Positions 11,101 through 20,355 of a stretch of 64,000 nt of DNA are shown in pieces. Source of the stretch: Candidatus Poribacteria bacterium. GTDB taxonomy: Bacteria > Poribacteria > WGA-4E > WGA-3G. The stretch spans positions 3,904,001 through 3,968,000 of the forward strand of contig OZ240248.1 in NCBI GenBank assembly GCA_965198235.1. Direction: 5' to 3'. The first letter of the stretch is position 1. Every line of letters starts with the position of its first letter. The notes below the pieces were generated by a model that ran no database searches, had not been told where the DNA came from, and saw only the letters and a list, made by a program, of their open reading frames with translations. A program made the translations under genes and the position numbers.

Positions 11101-11632
11101 GGATCCTATGGCGGTGATCGGATTAGAGGATTTAGAAGGAGCGATAGAGGTTGTTATTTTTCCAGAGGCATACAAAACCGCGGGAAACCTCGCTGAAGGC
11201 AGGGTAGTCTGGATTCGTGGGAAAGTCAATGTTAATCAGAATAGCAGGAACCGGAAGTCTGAGAATGGCGACACCGAGAGGGAAGAACGTCAGATACAAG
11301 CAGATCGGGTGATAGATATTGAATCTGTTAATGAGCAACAGACATCTGCTCTTGAGGTAACGATTCCGGAATCTGATGTTGAGAATGTCGAAAAATTGGA
11401 AAGGCTTCAGAAAATTGCCCGTGCTAACAAAGGGGATCTGGACCTGATTCTACGTCTTATGAGCTCCCGTTACGGTGAAGTTATCGCGCGGTGTCATCAA
11501 AAGTATAGTGTGGCATACGAACCGCTGGTTATTGAACAGATAGAGGGATTGTTTGGTGAAAATTGTGCTAAACCAAGCAACCGCACGATACGCGGGAATA
11601 AAAGCCGCACCTCACGGATGGATTATGTGTAA
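8102..11632 (+). CDS. dnaE: DNA polymerase III alpha subunit
   Basis: PHP motifs HLHNHSEYS and TDHGNM, RGSAA, catalytic PPDIDIDF, YAFNKSH, C-terminal OB fold. Confidence 0.97.
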   Translation: MATEFVHLHNHSEYSMLDGACRIEDMVNWAVENGVPAVALTDHGNMFGAWELYSKATKAGVNPIVGCEVYVAPGNRKTRGKEQGGPYHLTLLAEDATGYQNLLKLISLGYTEGFYSRPRIDMEILREYHAGIIALTGCIQGQVPQLLCSNRREEGIQNFKTLMEIMGERNLYVEVQNHHIDKELEAYPIMVQLAKEFNLPIVGTNDCHYLRKSDHGMHDVLLCIQMKKTVNDQNRLRFDNHFYFKSVDEMREALKDYPPEAISNTLEIANRCNLELDYGESVMPKYEVPEGHTNDSYLKELCYGSLREKYGGELSEPIQQRLDYELDIISKTDYSGYFLIVWDYVKYAHRQGYPLSARGSAASSLVLYALDVITFNPMDYDCLFERFLSLERISPPDIDIDFADRAREHVIDYLRKKYGEDSVGKVATFATLGAKAAIKDVGRALEVPLDDVEKLTELIPSTPGITLDEVLEQMPEFQALAERPENKELMDLSKSVEGMKRHVSCHASALVVSNGPLTNYVPLFKDKHDQVATQFEGKIVEDVGIVKFDSLGLRSLTETYDCLQMIKVNHGKEIKLEEIPFDDEKTYSLLSKGLINGLFQLEASPGMYRVVTQLKPDNFEQFSAIPALYRPGPLESGMMQQFIDRKNKLKPVEHIHESLKDALKNTYGVCVYQEQVMQIARDMAGFTLGEADILRSAMGKKDEALLKAQRDKFIEGAAENGIIKKEAERIFDLIEPFARYAFNKSHTVAYSMLAYRMAYLKTHYPHEFMAAMMTGEAGDSSKITRYRAECKKLTEFLEVEINLLPPDVNSSRREFTVDGNDICFGLVAVKGVGDNAIDAIVEAREQSGSFTSLQDFCERVDTKQVNKRAVESLIMSGAFDSLEGHRAQHVANLDNIMRVAQNAQAERDRGQMSLFGDGEEMPTAPVTLTDAPEYDPLERLMREKEQLGFYVSGHPLEEYSDIIENYTSASTQTLVEHRIDSEVDVAGLITDVKNITTRKGDPMAVIGLEDLEGAIEVVIFPEAYKTAGNLAEGRVVWIRGKVNVNQNSRNRKSENGDTEREERQIQADRVIDIESVNEQQTSALEVTIPESDVENVEKLERLQKIARANKGDLDLILRLMSSRYGEVIARCHQKYSVAYEPLVIEQIEGLFGENCAKPSNRTIRGNKSRTSRMDYV

Positions 11633-11693
11633 TTCCCGGTAAAACGCTTTGCAAGCGCGACTACCACGTTGCGTGGAAGGAGATTCGCTTATT

Positions 11694-12515
11694 ATGCAAT
11701 ACCGCACACTCGGTAAAACAGGACTCAGCGTATCAGAGATCGGGTACGGTGGCGGTAGAGTCCGCCCGGAGCATGATGAAACATCACTCGTCAACATGCT
11801 CCATTACGCTATGGATTCTGGGCTCAACTATCTCGATACCGCACCTGATTATGGGGGTGGCTACAGCGAAACAATTATCGGTAAGGCGATTGCTGGACGG
11901 CGGGAATCGTGTATTGTCGCAACCAAGACGGAAGCCTATGATCCCGATGGTGTCGCTGCTGATGTAGAGGGAAGCCTCCGACGACTTGGTACCGATTATA
12001 TTGATGTCCTGCAATTCCACGGTGGATGGTTCTACGCCGAAGATCTGGAACCGATTCTGGACGGTGGTGGCTTGGCAGCGTATCTCAGACTGAAGGAAGA
12101 AGGGAAGGTCCGATTTATCGGATTTTCTGCCGACGGTCCCTCTGGAGGCACGGAACAACTGATTGCCACTGGCGAGTTTGACATGATGCAGATCCACTAC
12201 AATCTGATGTACCAGAGCACCTGTGACGCATTTGGCAGACGCGGGGTCATCCCCGATGCTGTTGCCCAGGAGATGGGTATTGTGTTGATGCGCTCTACCA
12301 CCAGTAATGCGTTCCAGAATCTCATGAAGCACTGCTTTCCTAATGAGATGGCGAATGTTGATGTGGACAGTTTTCTGCTCAATTATTCTATCTCAAACCC
12401 GCTGGTGAACGTTGCACTCATGAGCCTGCAAAGCGTTGACGATGTAGAGTGGACAAACGCTGTCTCTGACAATGTCGATGCGCGGCTGGATCTACAGGCG
12501 ATTTATGGGAGGTAG
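11694..12515 (+). CDS. Aldo/keto reductase
   Basis: MQYRTLGKTGLSVSEIGYG, DTAPDYG, SLRRLGTDYID. Start placed at ATG 11694 after a GGAAGGAG RBS. Confidence 0.9.
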   Translation: MQYRTLGKTGLSVSEIGYGGGRVRPEHDETSLVNMLHYAMDSGLNYLDTAPDYGGGYSETIIGKAIAGRRESCIVATKTEAYDPDGVAADVEGSLRRLGTDYIDVLQFHGGWFYAEDLEPILDGGGLAAYLRLKEEGKVRFIGFSADGPSGGTEQLIATGEFDMMQIHYNLMYQSTCDAFGRRGVIPDAVAQEMGIVLMRSTTSNAFQNLMKHCFPNEMANVDVDSFLLNYSISNPLVNVALMSLQSVDDVEWTNAVSDNVDARLDLQAIYGR

Positions 12516-12578
12516 GAGGATTAAATACTTATAAGGCTCGTCCTGCCCTTTTATTCACCCGTTTGAATGTGGGTCAGA

Positions 12579-12815
12579 ATGGACTTTGAGATTATTGGAG
12601 AGATTACCGAAATTGAAACAATTGCCCGCGGTAAGGGCGTCAGGAACCGTGCCCGATTGCAACGGCAGTACGGCGAAGGTAGATGGCGTAAGTTAAAGGG
12701 AGTGGCATACGTCCGTCTTCTTAATGGTTCAGTCCGTTTTGCCGAAATTCACTGGTATCAAGCACAAAGAATTGGCAAAAGAGAATTCAAAATTAAACTC
12801 CCATTTCTTGATTAA
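12579..12815 (+). CDS. Small basic hypothetical protein, putative toxin
   Basis: MDFEIIGEITEIETIA...RWRKLKG...AEIHWY...IGKREFKIK; 2 nt from the next gene. Confidence 0.7.
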   Translation: MDFEIIGEITEIETIARGKGVRNRARLQRQYGEGRWRKLKGVAYVRLLNGSVRFAEIHWYQAQRIGKREFKIKLPFLD

Positions 12816-12817
12816 TC

Positions 12818-13060
12818 ATGGACAGAAAGGAAAATCAATTACCTCAATTCGGTCTATGCCTTAATAATGAAGGATATGCTGCTTCTCTTGAGACCGGAAA
12901 GTTGTATCGCGTTATCCGTGATGATGAGGTTATGAGTCAAGGTTATCTGCGCGTTATAGATGAAAGTGGAGAAGAATACGCTTATGCAGCCAACCGCTTT
13001 TACTTAATTCACCTACCCGCTGCTGTTGAAAAAGCATTGATGTCTGCTTCACGGGCATAA
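12818..13060 (+). CDS. Small hypothetical protein, putative immunity/antitoxin partner
   Basis: SLETGKLYRVI...LRVIDESGEEYAYAANRF; tightly coupled to the upstream gene. Confidence 0.7.
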   Translation: MDRKENQLPQFGLCLNNEGYAASLETGKLYRVIRDDEVMSQGYLRVIDESGEEYAYAANRFYLIHLPAAVEKALMSASRA

Positions 13061-13089
13061 GGCCTACTTGTCGGTGCCTATCTGCATAG

Positions 13090-13703
13090 TTACGGAATCC
13101 GCGGTGGTCTCTCATTTATCGATGCCTCCTCCTTGCTTAACACCTCTATGAGTCGATATTCGTACAGTCCTACGTCTTGAATATCTCCGCTATACTCATG
13201 AAGACTGACTTTTAACGTCCAGATGAACCCCGGTTCAAAGTCGAACCCTCGTATCCCGTCATAGAAAAATTCCCACCGTTGCCTTTCCTTATTGAACTCA
13301 AGATAGCAATCTGACCCAGAACCTTTTGGGTTGCCTGCAACGTAAACCGTCTCACCAATTTTGACAGCATCGCTGTTACCAAGGGGGAGCGGTTTGATAC
13401 CGGACGCAGAAACCTTTAGGATCGCGAGATCGTTGTACTTGTTGGTGGCAGTGAAGCCTTCGATTTTATAGGTAGTGGACTTGCCGACCAACTTTGCGGT
13501 ACCGCTGGCCGCACCAGCAATTACATGATAATTCGTGGCGATGAGGTTGGATTTGACGAAGAAACCGCTGCCAAATCCGAGAGGTAAATCGTTGCTATCC
13601 TGCATCTCTAAATAGACAGTGGCAGCTAATGCTTTTTCGGCGATCTCTGGAACCGTCTGGGCAGGTAAGGTACTTATAGTGTAGAAGAGCAGGAGAACGG
13701 AAA
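13090..13703 (-). pseudogene. Chimeric remnant: N-terminal half of a trypsin-like serine protease fused to the C-terminal part of a DUF4377-like protein
   Basis: The frame reads SVLLLFYTISTLPAQTVPEIAEKALAATVYLEMQ...GSGFF...TNYHV...DLAIL...GNPKG, then switches near 13320 to DCYLEF...WEFFYDGIRGFDFEPG. There is no catalytic Ser motif, and the signal peptide has no start codon (in-frame TGA near 13722). Confidence 0.75.
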
Positions 13704-13945
13704 TCGGATACGTCCGAAGTCACCTCACGATTCAAGTTTGCAACAGCATGCGTGAATTCGTAAGGTGTAATACGTCCGTCGTTCTTCTTACGAACACATA
13801 TCCAAAAGACTTCCGCTGCACCAATAGTCAAACACTTTAACTGGTTTAATGGGACATTAACAAAAAGGTAATCAACTTTATCGCTGCCTGTTTCTTCAGT
13901 ATACCGCTTGACAAGTGCGCTGGCATCAAAGTAGAAATAATACAC
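13700..13945 (-). pseudogene. Truncated VapC-type PIN toxin
   Basis: YFDASALVKRY N-terminal motif. After SDFR the ORF runs out of frame through the protease remnant, and the C-terminal acidic PIN motif is absent. Confidence 0.75.
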
Positions 13946-13947
13946 AG

Positions 13948-14268
13948 TTATCTCTCACGTTCTTCGATAATAGCGCGACTAAACTCGTTATCCTCGGCGC
14001 GAATACGGCTTGCCATACTTTTGCGGAGTTCCTTAACAGGAATCGGTTCCACATCGGCAATTCCCATCCTTTCAAGGAGTTCATTCATAATTCTCGCACC
14101 TTCTCTTTTATCTGCTGTATGTGCCTGACCCACTACTTCGGTCTGGCGATGCTTCGGCACGTTCGGGGCCAATTCATCAACAAGCCAAGAAAGTTGTAGC
14201 GTTACTTGTTCTAGCATTTTTTCCAATCGATCTAACCGTTCAGCTAGGGTTTCAACTGTTTCTGCCAT
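13948..14268 (-). CDS. Putative antitoxin (VapB-like)
   Basis: Ends NEFSRAIIEERER, 2 nt upstream of the VapC remnant; GGAG RBS. Confidence 0.7.
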   Translation of the reverse strand: MAETVETLAERLDRLEKMLEQVTLQLSWLVDELAPNVPKHRQTEVVGQAHTADKREGARIMNELLERMGIADVEPIPVKELRKSMASRIRAEDNEFSRAIIEERER

Positions 14269-14343
14269 AGTCAAAATTCTCCGTTCATTATTGTCGGGTT
14301 ATAGCAATTTGAAACTTTTTGCCGGAGGAGTGTCAGTCAAATT

Positions 14344-14487
14344 TCATCTAATTAAAGCACCCGGTAATGTTAGATATCCAGTGAAGCCTGTATCAATAAC
14401 CGCCTCGATTTTCGCAGACGAATTTAAGCCGCTAACTTCCAATTCAACAACTGCTTCTTGGTATGCTGTAATTTTCCCTTTAATCAT
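14344..14487 (-). pseudogene. Truncated clan AA aspartic protease (AF_0612-like), 47 aa
   Basis: Not in the ORF track. MIKGKITAYQEAVVELEVSGLNSSAKIEAVIDTGFTGYLTLPGALIR* contains the DTG motif; the rest of the fold is missing. Confidence 0.8.
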
Positions 14488-14752
14488 TGTACCGGTCCGA
14501 AATCTTAAAACCGATGCGATGAGCAGCTGGAAATCCTATTCGTACACAGTAAAGAACAGCTTCAGGATGCTTTTCAAGAAGAGCGATTGAGGATGTCCCT
14601 TCATCAGCATTAATCTCATAGGCACCTGTTTCGATGTCAATAGACAGAAACTTGCCTTTGTGCTCCGATTCAACTTTTTCGCGGAGTTGTTGCTGATAGA
14701 TCTGTTCACCGCGGGCGGCGATAGTCCCGTGGGGGTAATCGGAATATGGCAT
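14480..14752 (-). CDS. DUF5678-like small protein, usual partner of clan AA proteases
   Basis: ARGEQIY...HKGKFLSIDIETGAYEI...HPEAVLYCVRIG; AAGGAGG RBS before ATG 14752; overlaps the protease start. Confidence 0.7.
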   Translation of the reverse strand: MPYSDYPHGTIAARGEQIYQQQLREKVESEHKGKFLSIDIETGAYEINADEGTSSIALLEKHPEAVLYCVRIGFPAAHRIGFKISDRYND

Positions 14753-14780
14753 TGTGATCCTCCTTAGCTGGGGAAGTCGA

Positions 14781-17453
14781 TTACGCGGACAGGAAATTCC
14801 GAATGACGTAATCCAGAATCCCACCCTGTTTATAGTATTCCACTTCCACAGGGGAGTCAATTCTGATTAACAACTCCGTCGTCTGTGTCTCACCGTTTGC
14901 ACGGACGATGTTCATCGTTGCCATCTGTCCCGGCTGGAGGTCTTCGGCAAAACCTGTGATGCTGATAATCTCGCTTCCGTCAAGGTTGAGCGTCTGGACG
15001 TTTTCACCCGGCTTGAACTGCAAGGGTAAAACTCCCATGCCAATGAGGTTACTGCGGTGGATACGTTCAAAACTTTCTACGGCAACGGCTTTGACTCCCA
15101 AAAGTTTGGGTCCCTTCGCCGCCCAATCGCGAGAACTTCCCATGCCGTAGTCCTGTCCCGCGAAAATAACGGTTGGAACTTCGTTTTCACTGTAGTGGAG
15201 TGCCGCTTCGTAGATAGTCGTTTGTGTCCCCTCAGGATACTGAAGCGTATATCCGCCCTCTACATCGGGCGTCATCAAGTTGCGGACACGTCTATTGGCG
15301 AATGTACCACGGCTCATCACACGGTCGTTACCACGTCTGGATCCGTAGGTATTGAAATCTTGTGTTTCAACGCCACGTTCTTGGAGGTATTGTCCGGCAG
15401 GGCTTGCGGCTGCGATCGCACCTGCTGGGGATATATGGTCGGTGGTGACAGAATCTCCAAAGATGCCGAGGATACGGGCATCCACGACATCCGAAATCGG
15501 GACAGGTTCACGGGCAAACCCTTCAAAGAACGGGGGATGCTGGACATAGGTGCTTCTCTCGTTCCACGGATAAAGGACTCCCGTCGCCCCTGTGAGTTCT
15601 TCCCATTCCGGTGCTTGATTACCGATTGACTCATACATCTCCCGAAACGTCCGTCGATCGACTGCGGCAGCGATCATCTCGGTGATCTCTTGGCGGGTGG
15701 GCCAGATGTCCTTCAGATAGACAGTCTCCCCTGCATCATTGTGCCCAAGGGGTTCAGTAGTGAAATCAATGTCAATCCGCCCTGCGACACCGTATGCGAC
15801 AACGAGTGGTGGAGACATGAGGAAATTGGCTTTTATCTCTGGATGCACACGCGCCTCAAAGTTCCGGTTGCCACTTAGAACACTTGCAGTAACGAGGTTT
15901 CCTGTGTCAATTGCCTCTTGGACCACGTCGTTGAGAGGTCCACTATTGCCGATACAAGTTGTGCAGCCATAACCTACGACGTTGTAGCCGAGTTCTTCTA
16001 AATAGGGCAGTAGACCGGTATTCCGTAGATACTCGGTGACGACGCGCGAACCGGGGGCTAAACTGGTTTTGACGTAATCGGGAACACGTAGTCCTTTTTC
16101 CACAGCCTTTTTAGCGAGCAACCCCGCGCCGATCATCACGGAAGGATTACTTGTGTTTGTGCAGCTGGTAATTGCCGAGATGACAACCGATCCGTGGGTT
16201 ATGCCGTCACTAGCGTCCACGTCTTCTGTTACACCAAATCCATCTTCCGCTACAGGACGTGTAAGCAGTTCAGTAAAGGTATTTTTGACATCCGACAAGG
16301 CGATCCGATCTTGTGGGCGTTTCGGACCGGCGATACTCGGTTCAATGTCCGCGAGATCGATTTCAAGGACATTGGAGTACGCAACATCTCCGAGGCGTGG
16401 GATACCGAAGATGCCTTGGGTTTTAAGATAAGCTTCTACCATGTCAACGTGCGTTTCGTCGCGTCCAGTGAGACGGAGGTATCGCATCGTTTCTGCATCG
16501 GGTGGGAAGAATCCGATAGTCGCACCATATTCTGGACACATATTAGAGAGCGTCGCCCGATCTGGTAGAGAGAGTGCTTCTACACCTGCCCCAAAGAATT
16601 CCACAAACTTATCAACGACTGCAGCGGCTCGGAGGCGTTGCGTCACAGTCAATACCAAATCTGTGGCGGTTACACCCTCACGAAGTTCGCCTTTCAAGTG
16701 AACCCCGAGTACTTCGGGGGTCAAAATATAAACGGGTTGCCCTAACATCGCCGCTTCCGCTTCTATACCGCCTACACCCCAGCCAACGATACCTAAGCCG
16801 TTAATCATTGTGGTATGCGAGTCGGTGCCGACAACGGTATCCGGATAGGCAAGGGAATCTTCTGTCATAATCACTTTGGCGAGGTATTCCAGATTCACCT
16901 GATGTACAATGCCGATGGAGGGTGGGATGATATTGAATTTTTCAAACGCCTGTTGTCCCCATTTGAGGAACTCATAACGTTCCTTGTTACGTTCAAATTC
17001 CCGTTCGGTGTTAAATTGAAATGCGCTCTCTGAGCCGTAAGCGTCAACTTGGATGGAGTGATCGATGACTAAATCAACAGGGACGAGGGGTTCTATCAGG
17101 TCGGCATCACCGCCAAGTTCTGCCACAGCAGAACGCATCGCAGCAATATCGACAACGAGGGGAACGCCTGTGAAATCTTGTGCGACCACGCGTGCCGGTT
17201 TGAAAGGGATCTCCAAGGCTTTCGGAGAATGCGCGTCCCAATTTGCCAAATTTACAATATCCTCTTCTGTAATTTGGTGTCCATCGTAATTTCGCAGTAA
17301 TGATTCGAGTAAAATGCGGAGACTGACGGGCAAGGTGGTTGTTGACCCGATGCCGGCTTCTTCTAAGGCAGGAAGCGAGTAATAGGTACACGCAAACCCA
17401 TCACTTTCAAGGGTTCGGTGTGTATTAAATAAATTATGAGCAGGTTGGGGCAT
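14781..17453 (-). CDS. acnA: Aconitate hydratase A
   Basis: [48 protein letters not shown]. Confidence 0.97.
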   Translation of the reverse strand: MPQPAHNLFNTHRTLESDGFACTYYSLPALEEAGIGSTTTLPVSLRILLESLLRNYDGHQITEEDIVNLANWDAHSPKALEIPFKPARVVAQDFTGVPLVVDIAAMRSAVAELGGDADLIEPLVPVDLVIDHSIQVDAYGSESAFQFNTEREFERNKERYEFLKWGQQAFEKFNIIPPSIGIVHQVNLEYLAKVIMTEDSLAYPDTVVGTDSHTTMINGLGIVGWGVGGIEAEAAMLGQPVYILTPEVLGVHLKGELREGVTATDLVLTVTQRLRAAAVVDKFVEFFGAGVEALSLPDRATLSNMCPEYGATIGFFPPDAETMRYLRLTGRDETHVDMVEAYLKTQGIFGIPRLGDVAYSNVLEIDLADIEPSIAGPKRPQDRIALSDVKNTFTELLTRPVAEDGFGVTEDVDASDGITHGSVVISAITSCTNTSNPSVMIGAGLLAKKAVEKGLRVPDYVKTSLAPGSRVVTEYLRNTGLLPYLEELGYNVVGYGCTTCIGNSGPLNDVVQEAIDTGNLVTASVLSGNRNFEARVHPEIKANFLMSPPLVVAYGVAGRIDIDFTTEPLGHNDAGETVYLKDIWPTRQEITEMIAAAVDRRTFREMYESIGNQAPEWEELTGATGVLYPWNERSTYVQHPPFFEGFAREPVPISDVVDARILGIFGDSVTTDHISPAGAIAAASPAGQYLQERGVETQDFNTYGSRRGNDRVMSRGTFANRRVRNLMTPDVEGGYTLQYPEGTQTTIYEAALHYSENEVPTVIFAGQDYGMGSSRDWAAKGPKLLGVKAVAVESFERIHRSNLIGMGVLPLQFKPGENVQTLNLDGSEIISITGFAEDLQPGQMATMNIVRANGETQTTELLIRIDSPVEVEYYKQGGILDYVIRNFLSA

Positions 17454-17508
17454 CTGCTAACTCCTTTGTGTTGGACATGATTTTCTGTTATTTTATCACA
17501 AGTCGGTG

Positions 17509-19893
17509 CTATATTTCAATTGTTTTGGAGGCTGACTCCTGGGCATGGTTGAGGGATACGCCAATACGCTTGTTATCTTTTTTTTGAAGTTTCATAATTT
17601 CATCAAGTTGCTGGCGAGCATGGACAACGATAACGTTTTCAGGGTAGTCTGTAATAAGCGTGGTATAAGTAGCAGCGGCGTTGATGAAGTCGGCTTTTTC
17701 TCGGTAAATTTCGGCGATATTTACGAGTGCCTTAGGGACGCTGAGACTCTCCCGCGCAACTACTTGTTGGTATGCGTTAATTGCCTCAGTATCTTTAGCT
17801 GCTTCGCGGTAGATATCGCCGATGAGGAGCCACACCGCATCAACGATAGTGGCTTGCGGATAGGTTTCAAGGCTTCGTTCGCACTGTTGTAGTGCCTCTG
17901 CAGTCTGTCCGCTTAGATAGAGTTGCACAGCAGTGGCATAATCCGTGAGTGGAATTTTGAGGTAATCAGAATGGTTCTGGATGAGGACAATTCGCTCAAG
18001 AGCATCATTTGTGAGCCGGTCGGATTTTGAGATTCGGATAACTTCATTGTACGCCTTGTTTGCTTGATCGAAATCGGCAAAAAAGAAATAGGAATCGCCA
18101 ATCAGCTTGCGGGCAACGGCGCGGAAACGGTTGGGGCAATTGGCGATCGATTCCAGGACTTCTCTCGCAAGTGTATAGCGTTTCAGTAGAATATGACATT
18201 CTGCCAGACCCAATTGCGCTTCTACCAATTGGGTAGTGAGCAAGCGTTGCGTAAGCAAGGATTGGAAAGTTTTCTGGGCGATTTTCGGCGCGTGTATGCC
18301 GTGCAGTTGTATCTGTCCAAGTAACAATCTATTTTTCACAGAAGCCTCACGGTTGGAAACCAGTTCTTCTAAGAGCGCGATGGCATCATTCCATTGCTCC
18401 ATGTTTTGGTAGAGGGCCGCAAGTTTAGAACGGGCGTTTCTTATCCGCATGTTGTCTGTGGAGTCTACTATCAACGCTTTATAGAAATCTATGGCTTGTG
18501 GGTTTTCGTTGCGTTCTAACGTTCGTGCGTATGTCTCTAACGTCATATCAACGTGAGTCGGATAGTTTTGATGGAGTTGTGTAAACGTTTCAAGTGCTTG
18601 CGACACTTTTCCGGCATGGAAATATAGTTCTCCCAAGGTCATGACAGCGTTGGCGTTTTGTGGATTTTGTGCGCGCTGTTTCTCAAGTTGGGCAACGAGT
18701 TTATCACGGATTGGTTTGTAGCGATCGCCTTCATAAATTTCAAGCATCGCATTCCATATCGTTTCGCGTTGACTCCCCGTGAGCCCAACCTGTTGCAATG
18801 CATCAATATAGACCTCGGCGGCTTGTTTAATTTGTCCTTGGATTTTGTACGCTGCTGCCAATTGTGTATAGAGATAACTGTTTTTTGGACTTAAGCGTAT
18901 AGCTTGCTGATATGCTGCAATTGCTTCCGGATACATCTGATGCGAGAGATAGATTGCGCCAAGTTGTTTCTGTTGGTCGGCTTGGTTTACCTCGTCTTCG
19001 ACTATTTTTTTCCATTCGGTCATGGCTTGCGTGGTTTTACCAGTTTCAGCATAGAGCGCGCCCAATTTCCTGCGGAGCGTTGTATTGTTAGGGTCTCTTT
19101 CAATCGCCTTGCGGTAGAGTTCGAGTGCCTTCGGATAGGCGTTTTGTTGTTGATAAAGTTCTGCTAATTGCTCCAACAGCGTAATATCGTCGGGATAGTG
19201 TCGCATCCGTTCTTGGATGAGTTTCTCGGCTTCTATGTAGCGTTGGTTGGTCATATAAAGCTGGATGAGGCTATTGACGGCACTTACGCGATAGGGTGAA
19301 CTCGGAAAATTGTCAAGAAAATACTTGTAACTATCCATTGCTTCCTCGGATTTACCCTCTGCTTGCTGGTATTTTCCAACGAGATAGGCAGCTGTCGCAG
19401 CGGAAGTTGTATTGGGGTGTTGCTTGAGAATCTGCTTGCACTGCCTGATTGCCTCCCTGAACTGATAACGCTGCCAGTAGAGGTTTCCCAACCGATGAAC
19501 AGCCTGTGTCGCATAAGAGCCGTTAGGATTTTCGTCAACAATTTCTTTGAAGACTCGCTGTGCAGCAGGATCCTCACCGACCTTGGCGTAACTTTGTCCT
19601 AACATCAACCGAATCGAGTCCTTTTGACTTTGCCGAAGCGGTATATAAGTCCCGTCAAGCCGAAGAACGCCATTTTCAATCAATTCTTCGTACGCTTTAA
19701 TCGCTTCCGCATACCGTCGTTCATGGTAATGGTCATGTGCGGTTTCTACTGGGTCTAACACGGGATTCACGCTTGGAGTGGTGGGGGGAACTTCGACTTG
19801 AGCGAAAGTATATAAACTATCTCCAAGTGTAATATGAGTGAATAGGAATAGAATAGCAAGAAAGATGACTCGTTGTTGCATTGTAGTGTCCAT
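17509..19893 (-). CDS. Exported multi-TPR protein
   Basis: Signal peptide and many TPRs, including BamD/YbgF-like NFPSS and DYPEN turns. Confidence 0.85.
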   Translation of the reverse strand: MDTTMQQRVIFLAILFLFTHITLGDSLYTFAQVEVPPTTPSVNPVLDPVETAHDHYHERRYAEAIKAYEELIENGVLRLDGTYIPLRQSQKDSIRLMLGQSYAKVGEDPAAQRVFKEIVDENPNGSYATQAVHRLGNLYWQRYQFREAIRQCKQILKQHPNTTSAATAAYLVGKYQQAEGKSEEAMDSYKYFLDNFPSSPYRVSAVNSLIQLYMTNQRYIEAEKLIQERMRHYPDDITLLEQLAELYQQQNAYPKALELYRKAIERDPNNTTLRRKLGALYAETGKTTQAMTEWKKIVEDEVNQADQQKQLGAIYLSHQMYPEAIAAYQQAIRLSPKNSYLYTQLAAAYKIQGQIKQAAEVYIDALQQVGLTGSQRETIWNAMLEIYEGDRYKPIRDKLVAQLEKQRAQNPQNANAVMTLGELYFHAGKVSQALETFTQLHQNYPTHVDMTLETYARTLERNENPQAIDFYKALIVDSTDNMRIRNARSKLAALYQNMEQWNDAIALLEELVSNREASVKNRLLLGQIQLHGIHAPKIAQKTFQSLLTQRLLTTQLVEAQLGLAECHILLKRYTLAREVLESIANCPNRFRAVARKLIGDSYFFFADFDQANKAYNEVIRISKSDRLTNDALERIVLIQNHSDYLKIPLTDYATAVQLYLSGQTAEALQQCERSLETYPQATIVDAVWLLIGDIYREAAKDTEAINAYQQVVARESLSVPKALVNIAEIYREKADFINAAATYTTLITDYPENVIVVHARQQLDEIMKLQKKDNKRIGVSLNHAQESASKTIEI

Positions 19894-19944
19894 TTTTACG
19901 GGGTGTCATATCTCGATCTGCAAGGTCCTGTGCCTTGTGTAGTC

Positions 19945-20327
19945 TTATCGGGATAGACACGTGTTAACTATCTCCTCAAGTGTTCGCGTTTCCATCTCTA
20001 ATTTGAGGCTGTCAACTTTTTCACTGCCGAGTTCTACCTCTAATGCATCGATATCTCAAGCGCACACATAACGGCGGCACTTGCCGTAGGAAAAACAAAG
20101 AAAAAAGCATCGCCTTCATTTCCGATCTCTGTGCCACCCCACGCCGAATTTGCAGCCCGCAAAATCGTGTTGTGTGCATTGATAACCTCCGCCATAACCT
20201 CATTGCCGTGCGCCTCCCAAAGTAGTGTTGAACCTTCGATATCGGTAAACATCAAGGTGAGGGTGCCGACTGACAAATGTGGCTGTGGATTGTGTGTTGA
20301 CCCAGAATTATCCTTCTTCAATTCCAT
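19945..20327 (-). pseudogene. Class III adenylate/guanylate cyclase-domain protein with a large internal deletion
   Basis: GTLTLMFTDIEGSTLLWE...EGDAFF...CALEI stops at 20040. An overlapping frame continues IDALEVELGSEKVDSLKLEMETRTLEEIVNTCLSR*, resembling the terminal helix of cyclase-ATPase-TPR proteins. Confidence 0.7.
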
Positions 20328-20355
20328 TGTTCGAGATTTCCCAAATATCCGAGTA

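Noticed and set aside
8102-11632. Intein or split in dnaE
   Set aside because: Length is normal (1176 aa) and YAFNKSH is uninterrupted; the SARGSAASS variant is a minor divergence.
14291-14590. 99-aa plus-strand ORF, and the many other short ORFs antisense to long genes
   Set aside because: Shadow frames of better-supported opposite-strand genes, with no recognisable motifs.
12540-14780. Integron cassette array explaining the run of small TA-like genes
   Set aside because: No integrase and no repeated attC-like sites between the genes; orientations are mixed.
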